Shown: positions 20,705-39,543 of the stretch, piece by piece
How positions within the stretch are numbered: the first letter of the stretch is position 1
Layout of the letters: every line of letters begins with the position of its first letter
The notes under the pieces: model-generated
The model's database searches: none
What the model saw: only the letters and a program-made list of their open reading frames with translations
Told to the model about the DNA's origin: nothing
NCBI RefSeq assembly: GCF_009914755.1
Contig: NC_060938.1
From: the human T2T-CHM13v2.0 reference genome, Homo sapiens
Length of the DNA: 64,000 nucleotides
Direction: 5' to 3' (one strand)
Program-made: the position numbers and the translations under genes

Positions 20705-20899
20705 CAGGGGTCAGCACATTTCCCTGAAGGGCCAGAAGGTAAACATACAGGCTTTGTTGGCCAAATTGAACTCTGCTGTTACTGAGTAAAAGCAGCTATA
20801 GACAGTACATAATGAATAGATATGGCGGTGTTCCAATAAAACTTTATCTACAAAAACAGGCAGTGGATTGACCCACAGACTGTAATTTGCTGGCCTCTG
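20705..20899 (+). mobile_element. MER58A-like hAT-Charlie DNA transposon fossil
   Basis: Termini caggggtcagca...tttgctggcctctg, internal gtgttccaataaaactttat. Confidence 0.8.
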
Positions 20900-21833
20900 G
20901 TTTATATAATAGAGCATAGAATTATACTATAAATAATGTAGACTATATTGTTAAAATTACTAGTGGCTAAATGTGTGTTTTTAACTTTATGCTTTGGAGA
21001 TACTGGTTGAAAATTTTACTATTGATCTATGGTAATTTTTTTAGGTGTAAATAGTAGTGAATCTGCTCAAAGATCTGAAATTTTTAAGAGATTAGTTACA
21101 TTTTCTTTTTAGGTTACATTTTGAGTATTCTGTCTTCTTTTTCTTTTTCTTTTTAATTCTTAGGAGGAATGTATATACTCATTGGCTCTTCTGTAAACTG
21201 GTTCATTTGCTGGAAGAGAAAATCTTTCTAGCATTAAAGCATCGACATTCACGTACAGTATATAGAGTGGTTTTCTGCAAGGTAGATGGTGATTATCGCA
21301 AGAAATAATTTGATAACAGAAAGTTGATTAACTAAAATTTTCCCCATATCTTGGACTATAAATAATAAAACCATTGATTACTTTCAGCTCAGTAAAGCTG
21401 TGAATTCTTTAGGAGGTACTAAGGAACATTCAGAGTTTAAGAACTTTATTTAAAATATAGAGTGCCTTTAAAAATTTTAGTGTACAAAACCAGTTTGAAT
21501 TAGCTTCGAGCTAATGGTGCAGATGATTATAGATGTTCATAAGGGGTTCTTCAGACTTGGATGGATCTCACCTGTCCTCTTGGTACTTCTTCACTTAGCT
21601 GTAATGAGCATGTTTATTCATGATTTTGTAACATTTTTTGTCAAGAAATTTCTTTGTCTAAATCATTAAGAATATTGATTCAGAAGTGGTTTTTAAAAGT
21701 TTTAATTAAGTGCATTAATTTATTTAGTTTTAACTTTGCTAGTTTTTAAGTGACCTTAAGAACCAAGAGAGTAGATATGGTCCACAGATTCTAAAACTTA
21801 CATCCAAAGTCTTAAGTTATGTATTTTATGAGG

Positions 21834-22192
21834 TGTATTTGTCTGTTCTCATGCTGTTAATAAAGACATACCCAAGACTGGGTAATTTATAAAGGAAGAG
21901 GTTTAATTGACTCACAGTTCCACACGGCTGGGGAGGCCTCACAATCATGGCAGAAGGCAAAGGGAAAGCAAGACGTGTCTTACATGGCAGCAAGCAAGAG
22001 GGTGTATGTAGGGGAACTGCCCTTTTATAAAACCACCAGATCTCGTGAGACTTATTCACTATCACGAGAACAGCATGGGAAAAATTCGCCCCCATGATTC
22101 AGTTACCTCCCACCGGGTCCCTCCCACAACACATGGGGGTTATTACAGTTCAAGGTGAGATTTGGGTAGCGACACAGAGCCAAACTATATCA
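21834..22192 (-). mobile_element. THE1 (MaLR) solo LTR, THE1C/D-like
   Basis: tgtatttgtctgttctc...caaactatatca; TSD tgagg/tgaga. Confidence 0.9.
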
Positions 22193-22675
22193 TGAGAGTA
22201 AATATTTTATTAAAATATTTGAAAAATATTCTATTTTAATGTCTCAATATTATTTTTAGTTGAGGGAGAACTGTAGGTTGAATGAAATATCTCCTAGAGT
22301 TCTTGGTTAGAAAAAGGTGCTTATTATTGTTATTCATTACTTAAAATAGAAACTGAAAATATTTACTATGTAATACATCTATAAAGAGAAAATGGAAGCA
22401 GAACATCTTTTAACAAATTTGTCAGATGTTTGCATAGAGAAGAGATCTTATTTGTTGGACTCAAAACAGGCTTCAAGATGATTATGTCATTTGAGATGAA
22501 CCTTAAGGTATGCTAGGATTTTGACAGGCAGAGATGTGTATAGAATAACATTCCATTCACAGTACCGGTCATAAACAAAAGATGATTGTTGGTGTTTTCA
22601 GGGAGCAGCAGCTGACTAGTTTGACTGGAGTGTGGAGTGAGTATAATGGAGTAGTGTTACATAAAACTGTAAGGA

Positions 22676-22980
22676 GGCCGGGCGCTGTGGCTCACGCCTG
22701 CAATCCCAGCACCTTGGGAGGCTGAGGTGGGCAGATCATGAGGTCAGGAGATCCGGTTAATCCTGGCTAACACAGTGAAACACTGTCTCTACTAAAAATA
22801 AAAAAAAAAAAATTTAGTCGGGCGTGGCGTCAGGCGCCTGTAGTTCCAGCTACTCAGGAGGCTGAGGCAGGAGAATGGTGTGAACCCGGGAGGCAGAGCT
22901 TGCAGTGAGCCGGGAGAGAGAGCGAGACTCCATCTCCAGAAAAAACAAAAACAAAAACAAAAACAAACAAACAAACAAAC
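22676..22980 (+). mobile_element. AluY-like element with a small right-arm deletion
   Basis: TSD aaaactgtaagga (22663-22675 and 22981-22993); (CAAAAA/CAAA)n tail. Confidence 0.93.
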
Positions 22981-23099
22981 AAAACTGTAAGGAAAGGTCA
23001 GAGTCAGAGCTTGGAATGCCAGATTGGATACTTTTTACTTAACACGAATCCACTGTTCATTGTGTGGGGACTTATGCCTGTCTTCAGTTATACTACTCA

Positions 23100-28560
<5,461 letters not shown>

Positions 28561-28655
28561 GTGAAAAAGTTAGCTATCATTAACCTTTTCTTCTCTTTGG
28601 TTACCCTCTTTGTTAGTATATTTGGTATGTCTGACTTTATATGTATTGCTTTCAG

Positions 28656-28803
28656 ATGATTCATTCCGGACTCGTAATGCCAGTAGCGTTCCATCTTCCT
28701 TTTCTCCTAATACTCCCTTACCGAGTACTTCCCGTGGGACAGGTAACTCAGTTGACCCCAAGAGCAGTGGAAGTAAAGATACACAACCACGGAAGGCTAC
28801 CTT
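28656..28803 (+). CDS. PPP4R4: PPP4R4 penultimate coding exon (DDSFRTRNASSVPSSFSPNTPLPST...QPRKAT)
   Basis: tttcag acceptor, gtaagt donor, 148 nt, Ser/Pro-rich. Confidence 0.92.
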
Positions 28804-29626
28804 GTAAGTAATCAAGTGATGTCAGACTGAGTGTATTATCCTCCTCTTTTGCTTAACACACTTTCCTTCCCACTTAAGTACTTTCCAAAGAATAGAAAAT
28901 GTCTGTGATGAGAAAATGTTATAAATTAAAGGGTATTATTGTCACATGTGACTCTGTTATGTTAGTTTATATAGAATAACTTATATATGGCAAAGGCATT
29001 ATAACCTTAGGGAATCAACAGGAAACATTTAAATGGCTCCCACTAATGTCTGAAATCTATTTTTTTTCTATGAAATGTTTACATTTAGGGAATTTATCTC
29101 TAAGAAGGCATCCCTTTAAACACCTAGCTTAAGGATATGGTATTTAATCACCCAGTGTGCAGAAAGATTGGTAAAGCTGATGTCACTTAAGAAATAAGTG
29201 GCAGCATGGAACCCAGAATTGTGAGTCCAATAAACTGAAGAGATTTACAGACTGTACTTGTGTCTTGAAGCTGAGGTTATAAAGGGCCTCCTTTCTCCTT
29301 TTCCCCCATGATTCCTTTTAATGTGCTGTTTGTATCTTGATTTGCTGAAGTCTTTCTTTTACCTTAAATATTTAAGAGAGGGGTACCATAAAAATCACCA
29401 TGATAAGAGACTATATCAGGGTATAAATGATTCAGCCAGGATACCCAAACCATAGTTACAAGTTAGCCATTTCATATAGGACACCTGAACCTTCTGGTTG
29501 GAACAGACTTTTAACAAGATTTAGATTTTCTTTTAAATGTATTTTAGTGAATGCATGGGCATTTTTGAATAAAGTTTCTTAAATACATTCTTTTGCAAAA
29601 ACTGTGCTGGAGTCCCTTTTAGGATC

Positions 29627-30029
29627 TGATTTAGGCTGTTTTGCATTGCTATAAAGAAATACCTGGGCCTGGGTAATTTATGAAGCAAAGAGGTTTAATT
29701 GGCTCATAGTTCTGCAGACTTTACAGGAAGCATAGCGGCATCTGCTTCTGGGGAAGCTTCAGGAGGCTTATTATCCTGGTAGATGGTGAAGCAGGAGCAG
29801 GCACATCACATGGTAAAAACAGGAGCAGGAGAGAGAAAGTGGGGTTGGGGGAGGTGCCACACACTTTTAAATGATCAGATCTTGCGAGAACTCACTGTCA
29901 CAAAGAAAACACCAAGCCGTGAGGGATCAGCCCCCATGATCCAAACACCTCCCACCAGGCCTCATCTCCAGCATTGCAGATTACAATTCAACATGAGATT
30001 TGGGCAGGGACAAACATCCAAACTATGTG
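29627..30029 (-). mobile_element. MST (MaLR) solo LTR
   Basis: gcattgctataaagaaatacctg...gaggtttaattggctcatagttctgcag...caaacatccaaactat. Confidence 0.85.
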
Positions 30030-30286
30030 TATTCCAAATTGTAATTGGTCGTTGGGTATATGCCCAACTTCATTCAAAATTTAGAAATAAGTTTAGAAAT
30101 AAATTTATTGACTAGAGCTCAAGGAAAGAGGACCAATGTACTATTACAAAAATGTAATAGTAATAGAAAAAAATGAACATTGATATTACAGGTTAATGTC
30201 AATGCAGAGTATATTTTTATTTACAGAGAATGCTCTTTAGCTATACAATTATTGCTCCCATGATTATACGATGGAAGTTCCACTTA

Positions 30287-30682
<396 letters not shown>

Positions 30683-31901
30683 TCAACTCAGCGCACTGGC
30701 CCTCGCTGTGCATGTCTGTCACATGACAGGGCTGTCTCATGGTTCCTCCTCCTCTAAGGTGCCTTCTAGCTCTGGCATCCTGAAATCCTCTTTATTACCC
30801 TAAACCCTCTTCCTCTGAAAAGATTGCCCTGAAATTCTTCTGTTGAAGAGCATATTTAGTAACATCAAAAGTAATCTCTTGTCCACTTACTATATTTTTC
30901 TAAATGCCATAGGCATTTTTTACAGTAAAGACCATTGAAACCCAGTATATTTATGCTGGTTCTCCTTTCTTTCAGATTACTCTCTTTATCTGTTGTTTCA
31001 CTGTTGAGCATGCTTTTCCTTTTCATAGACTGAATTTTTTCTTGTTCAACATACGTAGTATGTAGTTATTTATATAATTTATATATATGTATAATTGATT
31101 AAAAAGTGAATCTAGAAACAAACATTTTGATAACACATCAGGTTTATTTAGTCTTTTCTGATTCTAAAGGAGGGACGTTGATATCCACAGTTGCTTTTTT
31201 AACTTGTGACTGGGTATACAAGTTTGTAACTATATTTCCATCTGATGTGGCACTTATATGGATCTCTCTTGAGTGCACACTGCCACATGGCTGGATGGGT
31301 GATGATATCCACATTGGTCTTTCTTCTGTGAAATAGTATCCACAATTCAAAACAGGCCATATCCAAGTGAAAATATGTTCTTTTCATTTAAAATAAGCCT
31401 ATGAGGTGATTTTGGAAAGTATAATTTATCTTAATTTTTGCTTCTCAAATTCTATGCAATACATTCCCCAGCTTTTCAGTGTCATTGAGATGACACATTT
31501 GGTATTTAGGAATATTAGTGTCTTAAAGGAAGCATAGGTATGTTATTATATCTTGTCTTTTAAGGCAGTTCATATATTTATGCCTATGTAACTTCCATTA
31601 TGGTTATACAAAATTAAAAATGTAGGAAAAATATGAATTAAATTGAATGCTATGTTATATATATACACAGAATTTTTGGTAATTAAAGATCATTCCAAGT
31701 AATCTTTAATGTGTAATTCATTTTTTCCCTTAATCAGACTTCTCATATATTAGAATTATTCAAAGTAGAGTATCTATATATTTTTAATTTACTTTGTACA
31801 CATTATATGAATAACATTTTTCATATTTTTTTCTTTTTCTCCCTTTCTCACTCCCTCCTTCCCCACCCTCCCTCTCTTCCTTCATTTCTTTCTTCCCAAA
31901 G

Positions 31902-31926
31902 AAAATCCAGAAAATCCAATCCTTAA
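31902..31926 (+). CDS. PPP4R4: PPP4R4 terminal coding exon (LKSRKSNP*), followed by a ~1.1-kb 3'UTR
   Basis: ~70-nt polypyrimidine tract, then aag acceptor; phase 2 join gives TTA AAA TCC AGA AAA TCC AAT CCT TAA. Confidence 0.85.
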
Positions 31927-32995
31927 ATCAACTGCTTGATGAAGGAGGCAAAACAAAGGCAGCAGGAGATAATGTGATTGGTACACAAAAGCTAAAGCAG
32001 TGGCTGGGGCTTTGTTTTTAAATTTTGGGTTTTTTTTTTTGTTGTTGTTAATGAGCAGAAAGAGAGACATAATGACAGCTGATGTTAAACTTTTCATATT
32101 TCAAATTAGATTCCCTAGGAGGTATAATATATATTTCTTGAGTAATAATGTGGTTACGGAATTCCAATGTTATAGTGAAGTGTAATGAAAAACATCTCTA
32201 GGAATGTGCTTTAACCACTGCTGCAAAAGAGACAAGTCTGCATTTATTTGTGCAGGAAACCAGCCATTTAATTGTTCTAGAGTTTTAGCATTTAAAAATC
32301 GTATGAAAGTCTACATCAGCTGAATTGTCCTAGCTTGATAAGCACTTGGAGGGGGACTTGGAAGGTGAGAAAGATACTGCATTTTCTCATGAGTCTCCAA
32401 GCCCACTTGAAAAGTCACACTGAAAGGATGCAAATAGCCGTCTGCGATTTTGGCGGCCCTCCGGATTGTGGTGACAATATGTTGTACCCGGACATTCCCA
32501 AATTTAAATTTGGCAGTGAAAATTCCACAAAGATTTCTGGTAACTTTGAGCTATAAATACCTTAAAAATAATAGATTGATGATTTTCTTTATTTCCTAGA
32601 GAATTTATTTTATAAATACTTTGTTTACATTTTAGATTGTACTTGTCTTTATTTAAAATGATGAATCTAGTCTGAATCAGCTGTTATTCCAAGCTATCAT
32701 GCTTAAGCTATGTCAACAGCATTTATTTGTACTAATGCTAATATTTCCATCAAAATTTGCCTGTGGAATATATACAGTTCTTAATTTTAAACTGTCAGTT
32801 CTTGAGATATACCGTGTGAAGCTATTGTCAGCTTCTCTATTTCAAAATGCAATCAGCATATAACTATATTGATATTAGAAGATATTTGTTTTTTAAAATA
32901 TATTGATGTATGATAAAGATGATCTAATTTGTGAATGCATATGTATGTGTGGTTACTTTTTATAATGTGAAATAATGAATAATGAATTTACTCAA

Positions 32996-33001
32996 AATAA
33001 A
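32996..33001 (+). terminator. Likely PPP4R4 polyadenylation signal (AATAAA)
   Basis: Canonical hexamer followed by GU-rich tgtgtttgtg about 20 nt downstream. Confidence 0.7.
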
Positions 33002-34437
33002 ACATAGGTTAATGAGATACCTGTGTTTGTGAAAAAAAGTCTTAAATACTTTCCTGCAGTTTTTATTCTATAATTAAAGAGTAAGATAGTTCATTTTTAG
33101 GTAGTGAATAAAAGAAATATACCAGCGTCAACTATAAGAGCATAGTTACTCAGTGAGAGACCTTTTCATGCCATTTGTTTTCCTTCTTCCTTCCATATGG
33201 CTTCTTTATGGCTATTTTTAGTGATTCTTAATAATATCCTTTGCCAAAGGACAATCAGGTAAATGGAATTGTTACTGCTCATTTTGTCAGTAGTTAAAAT
33301 TCAATAGGTATGAGAAATTTGACAGTACTGGTTAATCAGTATACTCGCTGTGGATTTCATTTAACTGTTTTCATTATGTCTCCTACTAGCACCAATAATG
33401 TGGAACTGAATATATTAAGATCTGGAGAATGTGGTACAGAACGAGACATCAAAATTGCATCAGTTTTTTTGGTGCTTTGATTCATAACATTCTATTAATT
33501 TAATAAAATGGAGAATTTCAATGTATTTGTTATAATAAATTTAGCAGAATTATAAGGTTTCACTTTCCCATGATGCAAATGGGAAAAGGGGACACTGATT
33601 TGACAGAGAGAAACAACTACTGCTTATAAAGTTCAGGAATGTAGAGCAGTCAATTGCAGTCTTAGTCCTAGTTAGTACTAAGTTATCAAAACTGTTCATC
33701 AAAATTACTTTTGGAAGTTTTTTAACAGAACATGACATTTCCTAAAATCTTTGAAATATTTATTAAAATTATACTCTCAAGGACAGATATATAGAAACAG
33801 GATAAACAGCAAATTACTGACAGTTATGAATAACTACATGTATCTCCATTTATATCAAAAACAAGATGGATACTTTTGTGAAAGTTCTCAGTTTAACAAC
33901 TTATCAAATTAATCCTTTAAGCTAGTTGTATGGCAAAGAAAAATCTCCCTCCATCTGTAGTTGTAGGGAAAAGGGACATCTTCATCATCATTTTGTTAAT
34001 TACTAAAACTTGCATTTTTAAGAACAAGTCCAGGAATTTCACTAGTTAGCCTTACAAGCTAACTGTAGAGCTCACTTTTACTGCAGAAATGGAGATAGGT
34101 CTATAAAGGATTTTACTTAATAGAGGTTAAATAAGGAGCACATAAAGTTTTTCTTTATAACCTCTTACACATTTAAAAAATCATTTCTATTATTTGACTT
34201 CCTGAGCTTGAATATCTTAGTCTGGAGATGAGTCAGTTTTGCCATACAATTAGTGGATATATGAGAAATCTTTGAATTGAAATGAAACAGGCTCTTCAGC
34301 TGGAGTGGAAGTTTTACAATGAAGATAGAATGAATTAGATTAAGTCAGTAACCTGTTCTCAGTTGTTACAGCATATATATGTGAGAACGTGTGGTTGAGT
34401 GTGTCTGTGTAGGAACAATTTTTAAGACTCGACACTT

Positions 34438-34910
<473 letters not shown>

Positions 34911-35396
34911 TTAGGAACTTCTTAAAGCAAATGTGGGGGAACATTAAAAAGTATATTTAAAATATAGAATAGGTCCATTTTCTACCTTAAAGAGTAGTAT
35001 ATTAAATACAATTATTATGCTGTTGTTGCTTTGCAGTGTATGTGGTGGGAAGAAGGCAGGAGTTTTTTATCTGCATGCTATATGAATCCTTCAATAATAA
35101 TGTACCTTTTTATTACTGGGTTTGGCCATATTGATTTCAGTGAGTATTGTGCTCTCACAGACTTATTTTTCCAGATTTCATCTCTTAAAAGTGGGAAATT
35201 GGACTGGATGCTACTTTATTCCTCTTTCTACTATTTTTCCACAAACAAATCTGACTAATTGAACACAAACAAGGTGACTTAAGAATGTCAGTTAGAGTTA
35301 GTCCTCTGTCTTTGGCCCTCTAGGGCCTAGAATTGCCTGTCCCTTCATAAGTGTCAATTAGTACTCTTGGAATGAATACAGGAATGAATTTTATTT

Positions 35397-35481
35397 TATT
35401 AATATGCAGTCTAAATACTGACTTTTCATCAGTCCAGGTTATGGAATGATGAAAAGTCAGTATTTAGACTGCATATTAATA
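35397..35481. repeat. Perfect inverted repeat, 35-bp arms with a 15-nt spacer
   Basis: 35397-35431 TATTAATATGCAGTCTAAATACTGACTTTTCATCA is the exact reverse complement of 35447-35481. Confidence 0.97.
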
Positions 35482-36613
35482 TTATTACCTATTCACATTA
35501 CTCTGAATTATATTAAACAACTAATCAATAAATGAATTTTAGGTTTTTTTAAACATTAGATAGCAGACAGACAGAAATCCAATTAGGCATTTAGTTAACA
35601 TAGTTCACACTGTAAATCAGCTCTATTCAGGATTCTCTGAATATAGTCTTTTCTGTTTCTGTGACAGAAAATAACTGCCTAAGGAAGATCAGGGATATTT
35701 ACGATTTTCCTTTTCACCCTGGGACAAAGTTCGTGCTTATATTCTGTTTAACCCCCATGGGTAGCTGTAGTGCATGCTGTTTACCTGGTCCCCATCAGAT
35801 GTTTTAGATGGAAGGAAGAGTAAAAAGGGCTTGGAGACTAGACTCAGGAAAGGTAGGCTTCTGACTCTGCCATTGCCACACTGGAAGACCTTGGACAAGT
35901 ATTTTGTTCCCACTGGTATATAAGGTATGACTTATCCACTAGATGCAGAAGACACAGTGCCCAAGGCTGACAGTACTGTAAGGGCCCATGAAGGTGTTTT
36001 GCTTATTGCCATATGCTAGACATATAACTTTGAAGCTAGATATGCAACTTTGAAAGACGAATATATTCATCTTTCTACCAATGCAGCCATAGAACATATA
36101 TATCTTCATGAAGGAAGGAGGAGTCTACAAGGTTAAACGTGCCTAGGGCCCATGAAAGTAAGAATATGGACCTGTTTCTGGGTCCCTCTTTCTTTCCTTT
36201 GTAAAATGAAGGTATTGAACTAGATGATCTGTGATTCAGCCAATGCCTCTGCCAAGCGATTTGATGCACCATGGAAGCAGATGCTGTGATCAGGACTGGT
36301 TAGAGCTATTTTCTTCTGATGTCAGTCAGCAAGAAATGACTCCGTAATAGATTAAAATAAAACACTTATTTTGCACCAGAGAGAAGGAAAGAGAGAGAAG
36401 CACATGACTCAAGGAGAATGTTTACATGTGTTCCTCCCAAAGGCTTTATCTTGACATAGTGTTCTCATCTGCAACTTTTTAAAAATGAAAATATGTGAGC
36501 AACAGAGAAAAGATATTCTACCCAGCTAGTCTTTAGCCAAGTAACTAAGGTTCTTAGAAACAAGCTTAAAATACCAGACAGATTGCACAAACATCTTAAA
36601 AAATATGTATCAA

Positions 36614-36619
36614 TTTAAT
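36614..36619 (-). terminator. Candidate distal SERPINA10 poly(A) signal (ATTAAA)
   Basis: tttaat on the + strand, ~630 nt past the stop codon. Confidence 0.5.
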
Positions 36620-36626
36620 GCTTTTG

Positions 36627-37108
36627 TAGTAGTCCTCCCTTATCCATGGTTTTGCTTTCTGCAGTCTCAGTTAACCATGGTCAACCATGGTCCAAAAACA
36701 TTAAATGAAAAATTCCAGAAATAAACAATCTAAAAGTCTTAAGCAGCATGCCATTCTGAGTAGTGGGATGGAATCTTGCATTGTCCTGCTCTGTCCCACC
36801 CAGGATGTGAATTCTCCCCTTGCCCAATGTCTCCACACTGTCTATGCTCCTCGCCCATGAGTCACTTAGTAGCCTTCTCTATAATCAGTTTGACTGTTAT
36901 GGTATTGCAGTGCTTGCGTTCAAGTAACTCATTTTACTTAATGTTGTTATTATTGTTAATCTCTTACTGTGCCTAATTTATAAATTAAACTTTATCATAG
37001 GTATGTATGTGTAGGAAAAAATATATATAAGGTTCAGCACTGTCCACCGTTTCAGGCATCTGCTGGGGGTCTTTGAATGTATCCCCCTCAGATAAGTGGG
37101 GACTACTG
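36627..37108. mobile_element. MER44-like (TcMar-Tigger) DNA transposon fossil in the SERPINA10 3'UTR region
   Basis: TIRs tagtagtcctcccttatc / gataagtggggactactg followed by ta; internal gaaaaattccagaaataaacaat. Confidence 0.85.
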
Positions 37109-37110
37109 TA

Positions 37111-37116
37111 TTTATT
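37111..37116 (-). terminator. Candidate proximal SERPINA10 poly(A) signal (AATAAA)
   Basis: tttatt on the + strand, ~130 nt past the stop codon. Confidence 0.5.
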
Positions 37117-37247
37117 TGAGAACACCCTAAACTAGTTAAGAACAAAAGGAACACTCTCCCCTGCCATCCATTGCTGGTATCCTGTGTGTGTTTGATACCT
37201 CAGATTCAGCATCTACTACAGCACGAAGTGCTTATGCGTGTCCTGAA

Positions 37248-37439
37248 TTATAGGAGAGTCGGATTCACCACCCTGCCCAGAAACAGAAGCATTCCAGAGG
37301 TTTCTTCATAGATCATGAAATGAAATGGCCGGTCCACTTTGATGACAGGAGGCATGGAATAAGCAGTAATTTCTGACAAGATTCCTGCCACTGCCTCAGT
37401 GCCCCTTTCATCAACTTCAATCACTGTTCTTTGTAAAAC
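37248..37439 (-). CDS. SERPINA10: SERPINA10 (ZPI) last coding exon, containing the reactive centre loop (ERGTEAVAGILSEITAY/SMPP; P1 Tyr)
   Basis: Serpin signature VIKVDRPFHFMIYEETSGMLLFLGRVVNP, ttccag acceptor, TAA stop, 192 nt. Confidence 0.97.
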   Translation of the reverse strand, partial: VLQRTVIEVDERGTEAVAGILSEITAYSMPPVIKVDRPFHFMIYEETSGMLLFLGRVVNPTLL

Positions 37440-38722
37440 CTGGAAAAAGGAAATAATGTGAAAAACCATTTGTGTGGCAGTGCAAAGGAGGAATTAAATG
37501 AGCCCCTTGAAATTCTTCACAGTGGTCCTACCCATGGGGTCATGCTCCTGGGATTTAGTGGAGCAGGCCCATCTACGTTAAGAGGAGTGGTCTGGGGTTG
37601 CACCAGGGACTGCCACAGGAGTCTTAAACAATACCAGGAGACCTCAGGAACCCAATGTGAAGTATTGTGGAATATGTGAAACACATTCCGGGCATGGACT
37701 CAGGATGCACTCATGCATCAAATCTTTATTGAGCATGTAATTTATGCTACTAATTCTTGAGCTGAGCTGGTGCTCCTAAAAGGTTTTCAAGCTGCCTGGA
37801 TCCCTTGATCCCTGGATCCCTTGAGTCCTCTGACTTTCCTTTTGGCAGGCAAGGTGGAGGCAGGGAATGGCTAGTCTTCTGTAGCAGCTTCCCAGCACCT
37901 GGTACTACTCTGAGGCATTTTTCTGGGCCAAGCCCAGGGGTCCCTGGAGCCTTCCTGAATTCTGGCTGCCTATACTGTGGCTGCTTGCTATGTTTGGGAG
38001 GCCCTTTTTTACAGAAACAAGATGTGATATGAGTGATGTACCTATATAATTACTGTGTTATAAGAGATAATGAAAACATAACATGTAATTACACTGATTT
38101 TCACTCCAGGAAATTCCCTGATTTCCTAGAGGAAAATTAATTCCCCAGAGCAAACAGAGGGAGAATATTTAATCATTTACAGTTTAAATTTCATGATGAC
38201 CCTTCATAAAGCAGCAGCGCATTTCAGTTTTTCATGTGTTCATAGCAGAAACACTTTCAGGTGCTGGTCTGACGGATTGTTTTATTTAATTGTCTTACCT
38301 CTCTTGAGGTTGTAAGACCTGATTCCAGGCCACAGTTACCCTACTGTGTCCTACTTAAGTGGATGCCATTTTTAGTCTCTCTTGGAATTGAAAATTGCAA
38401 TTGTATAAGAAAATATTAAACCACACAGCTAAGGAAGAATGTAGAGAGATGTAGCTGCCATTTGGAAATGTGTGGGAGCATTTTTATAGTGATGACTGGA
38501 GTTTCCTACTGGCATTAGTGAACATGGGCCAGCAATGCTAACCAGTTCCCTGCAACATGCACAACTGCTCTGGACAACAAGCAGTTCCCCTCAAAACCAA
38601 GAACCCTTCCACTGAGAAACACTGAGTAACTGAAGGGATTCTATGTGGATGGTGACTAAACTTGTTCTTAGAAGTTTTAGAGATAGAACTAGGACCAAAA
38701 AGTATGAATCAGAAGTTACAGG

Positions 38723-38884
38723 ACTCTCTCTCTCTCTCTCTCCATATATATATGTATGTCTCTCTGCATATATATATATATATGTGTGTATATATATATA
38801 CACACACACATATACACACATATACATTTATACACACATACATATATACATATATATACACACATATATATATATATACATATA
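38723..38884. repeat. Compound (CT)n-(TA/CA)n microsatellite
   Basis: Seen directly. Confidence 0.95.
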
Positions 38885-39392
38885 ACAATTTTAGCTATTT
38901 GTGGATTGGGCAGCTCTTCAAAGAAATGGTGAGTTTGATGTCACTGGAAGCATGAAGAGGAAGAGAAGTTGGAGGGCTATTTCGTAGGGCTATGGAGGGG
39001 ATTTCCACAAGGAGGGAGAAGTTGGGCTAGATGATGTCTAGGGGTTTGTTTCATTGTAAAGGTGGTGTAATTTCATGAACTATTCAAGTTGTATTCAACA
39101 TAAATGATGATGCCTCTGTAAACCAGTTCTATTTCAGGGTCAAATTTCTCCCTGAGCACTTTAAGCAGAGGGGGAGAGGTCTGCTTAAAATAAATTAGTT
39201 GAAAAGTTATTTTAATGAAGTTGCTTGAAATTCTTAAAACATCCAACCTGGGTGCTATTTCAAGTATTTGGGACTTAAATCTAATTTTCCACTACAATTA
39301 GGTATTTTATCAAAGTTAAATGGTTTGTAAAAGCATTTGTTTTGGTGACATTTCATGCTGAGGTTGGGCTCTGATGAAAGATCCTGACTTAC

Positions 39393-39543
39393 CCTGGATA
39401 CTTGGAGATTTCTTCCAGTAGCTGAGAGTTCACTAAGGTCAGCAAAGGGTGAGAAGATTCTTCTGATTCCCATCTGCCTAAGCAGCTCATGCATCTCATA
39501 CTTCTGATCTAGCTTGAACTTCGGAAAGAAAACTTCCATGTTT
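39393..39543 (-). CDS. SERPINA10: SERPINA10 coding exon (NMEVFFPKFKLDQKYEMHELLRQMGIRRIFSPFADLSELSATGRNLQVSR)
   Basis: cacag acceptor, gtaagt donor, 151 nt. Confidence 0.96.

Noticed and set aside
32341-32347. AGCACTT miR-302/372-family seed match in the PPP4R4 3'UTR
   Set aside because: A single 7-mer can occur by chance; needs conservation data
38591-38955. Tyr/Ile/His-rich ORFs
   Set aside because: Translation of the (TA/CA)n microsatellite
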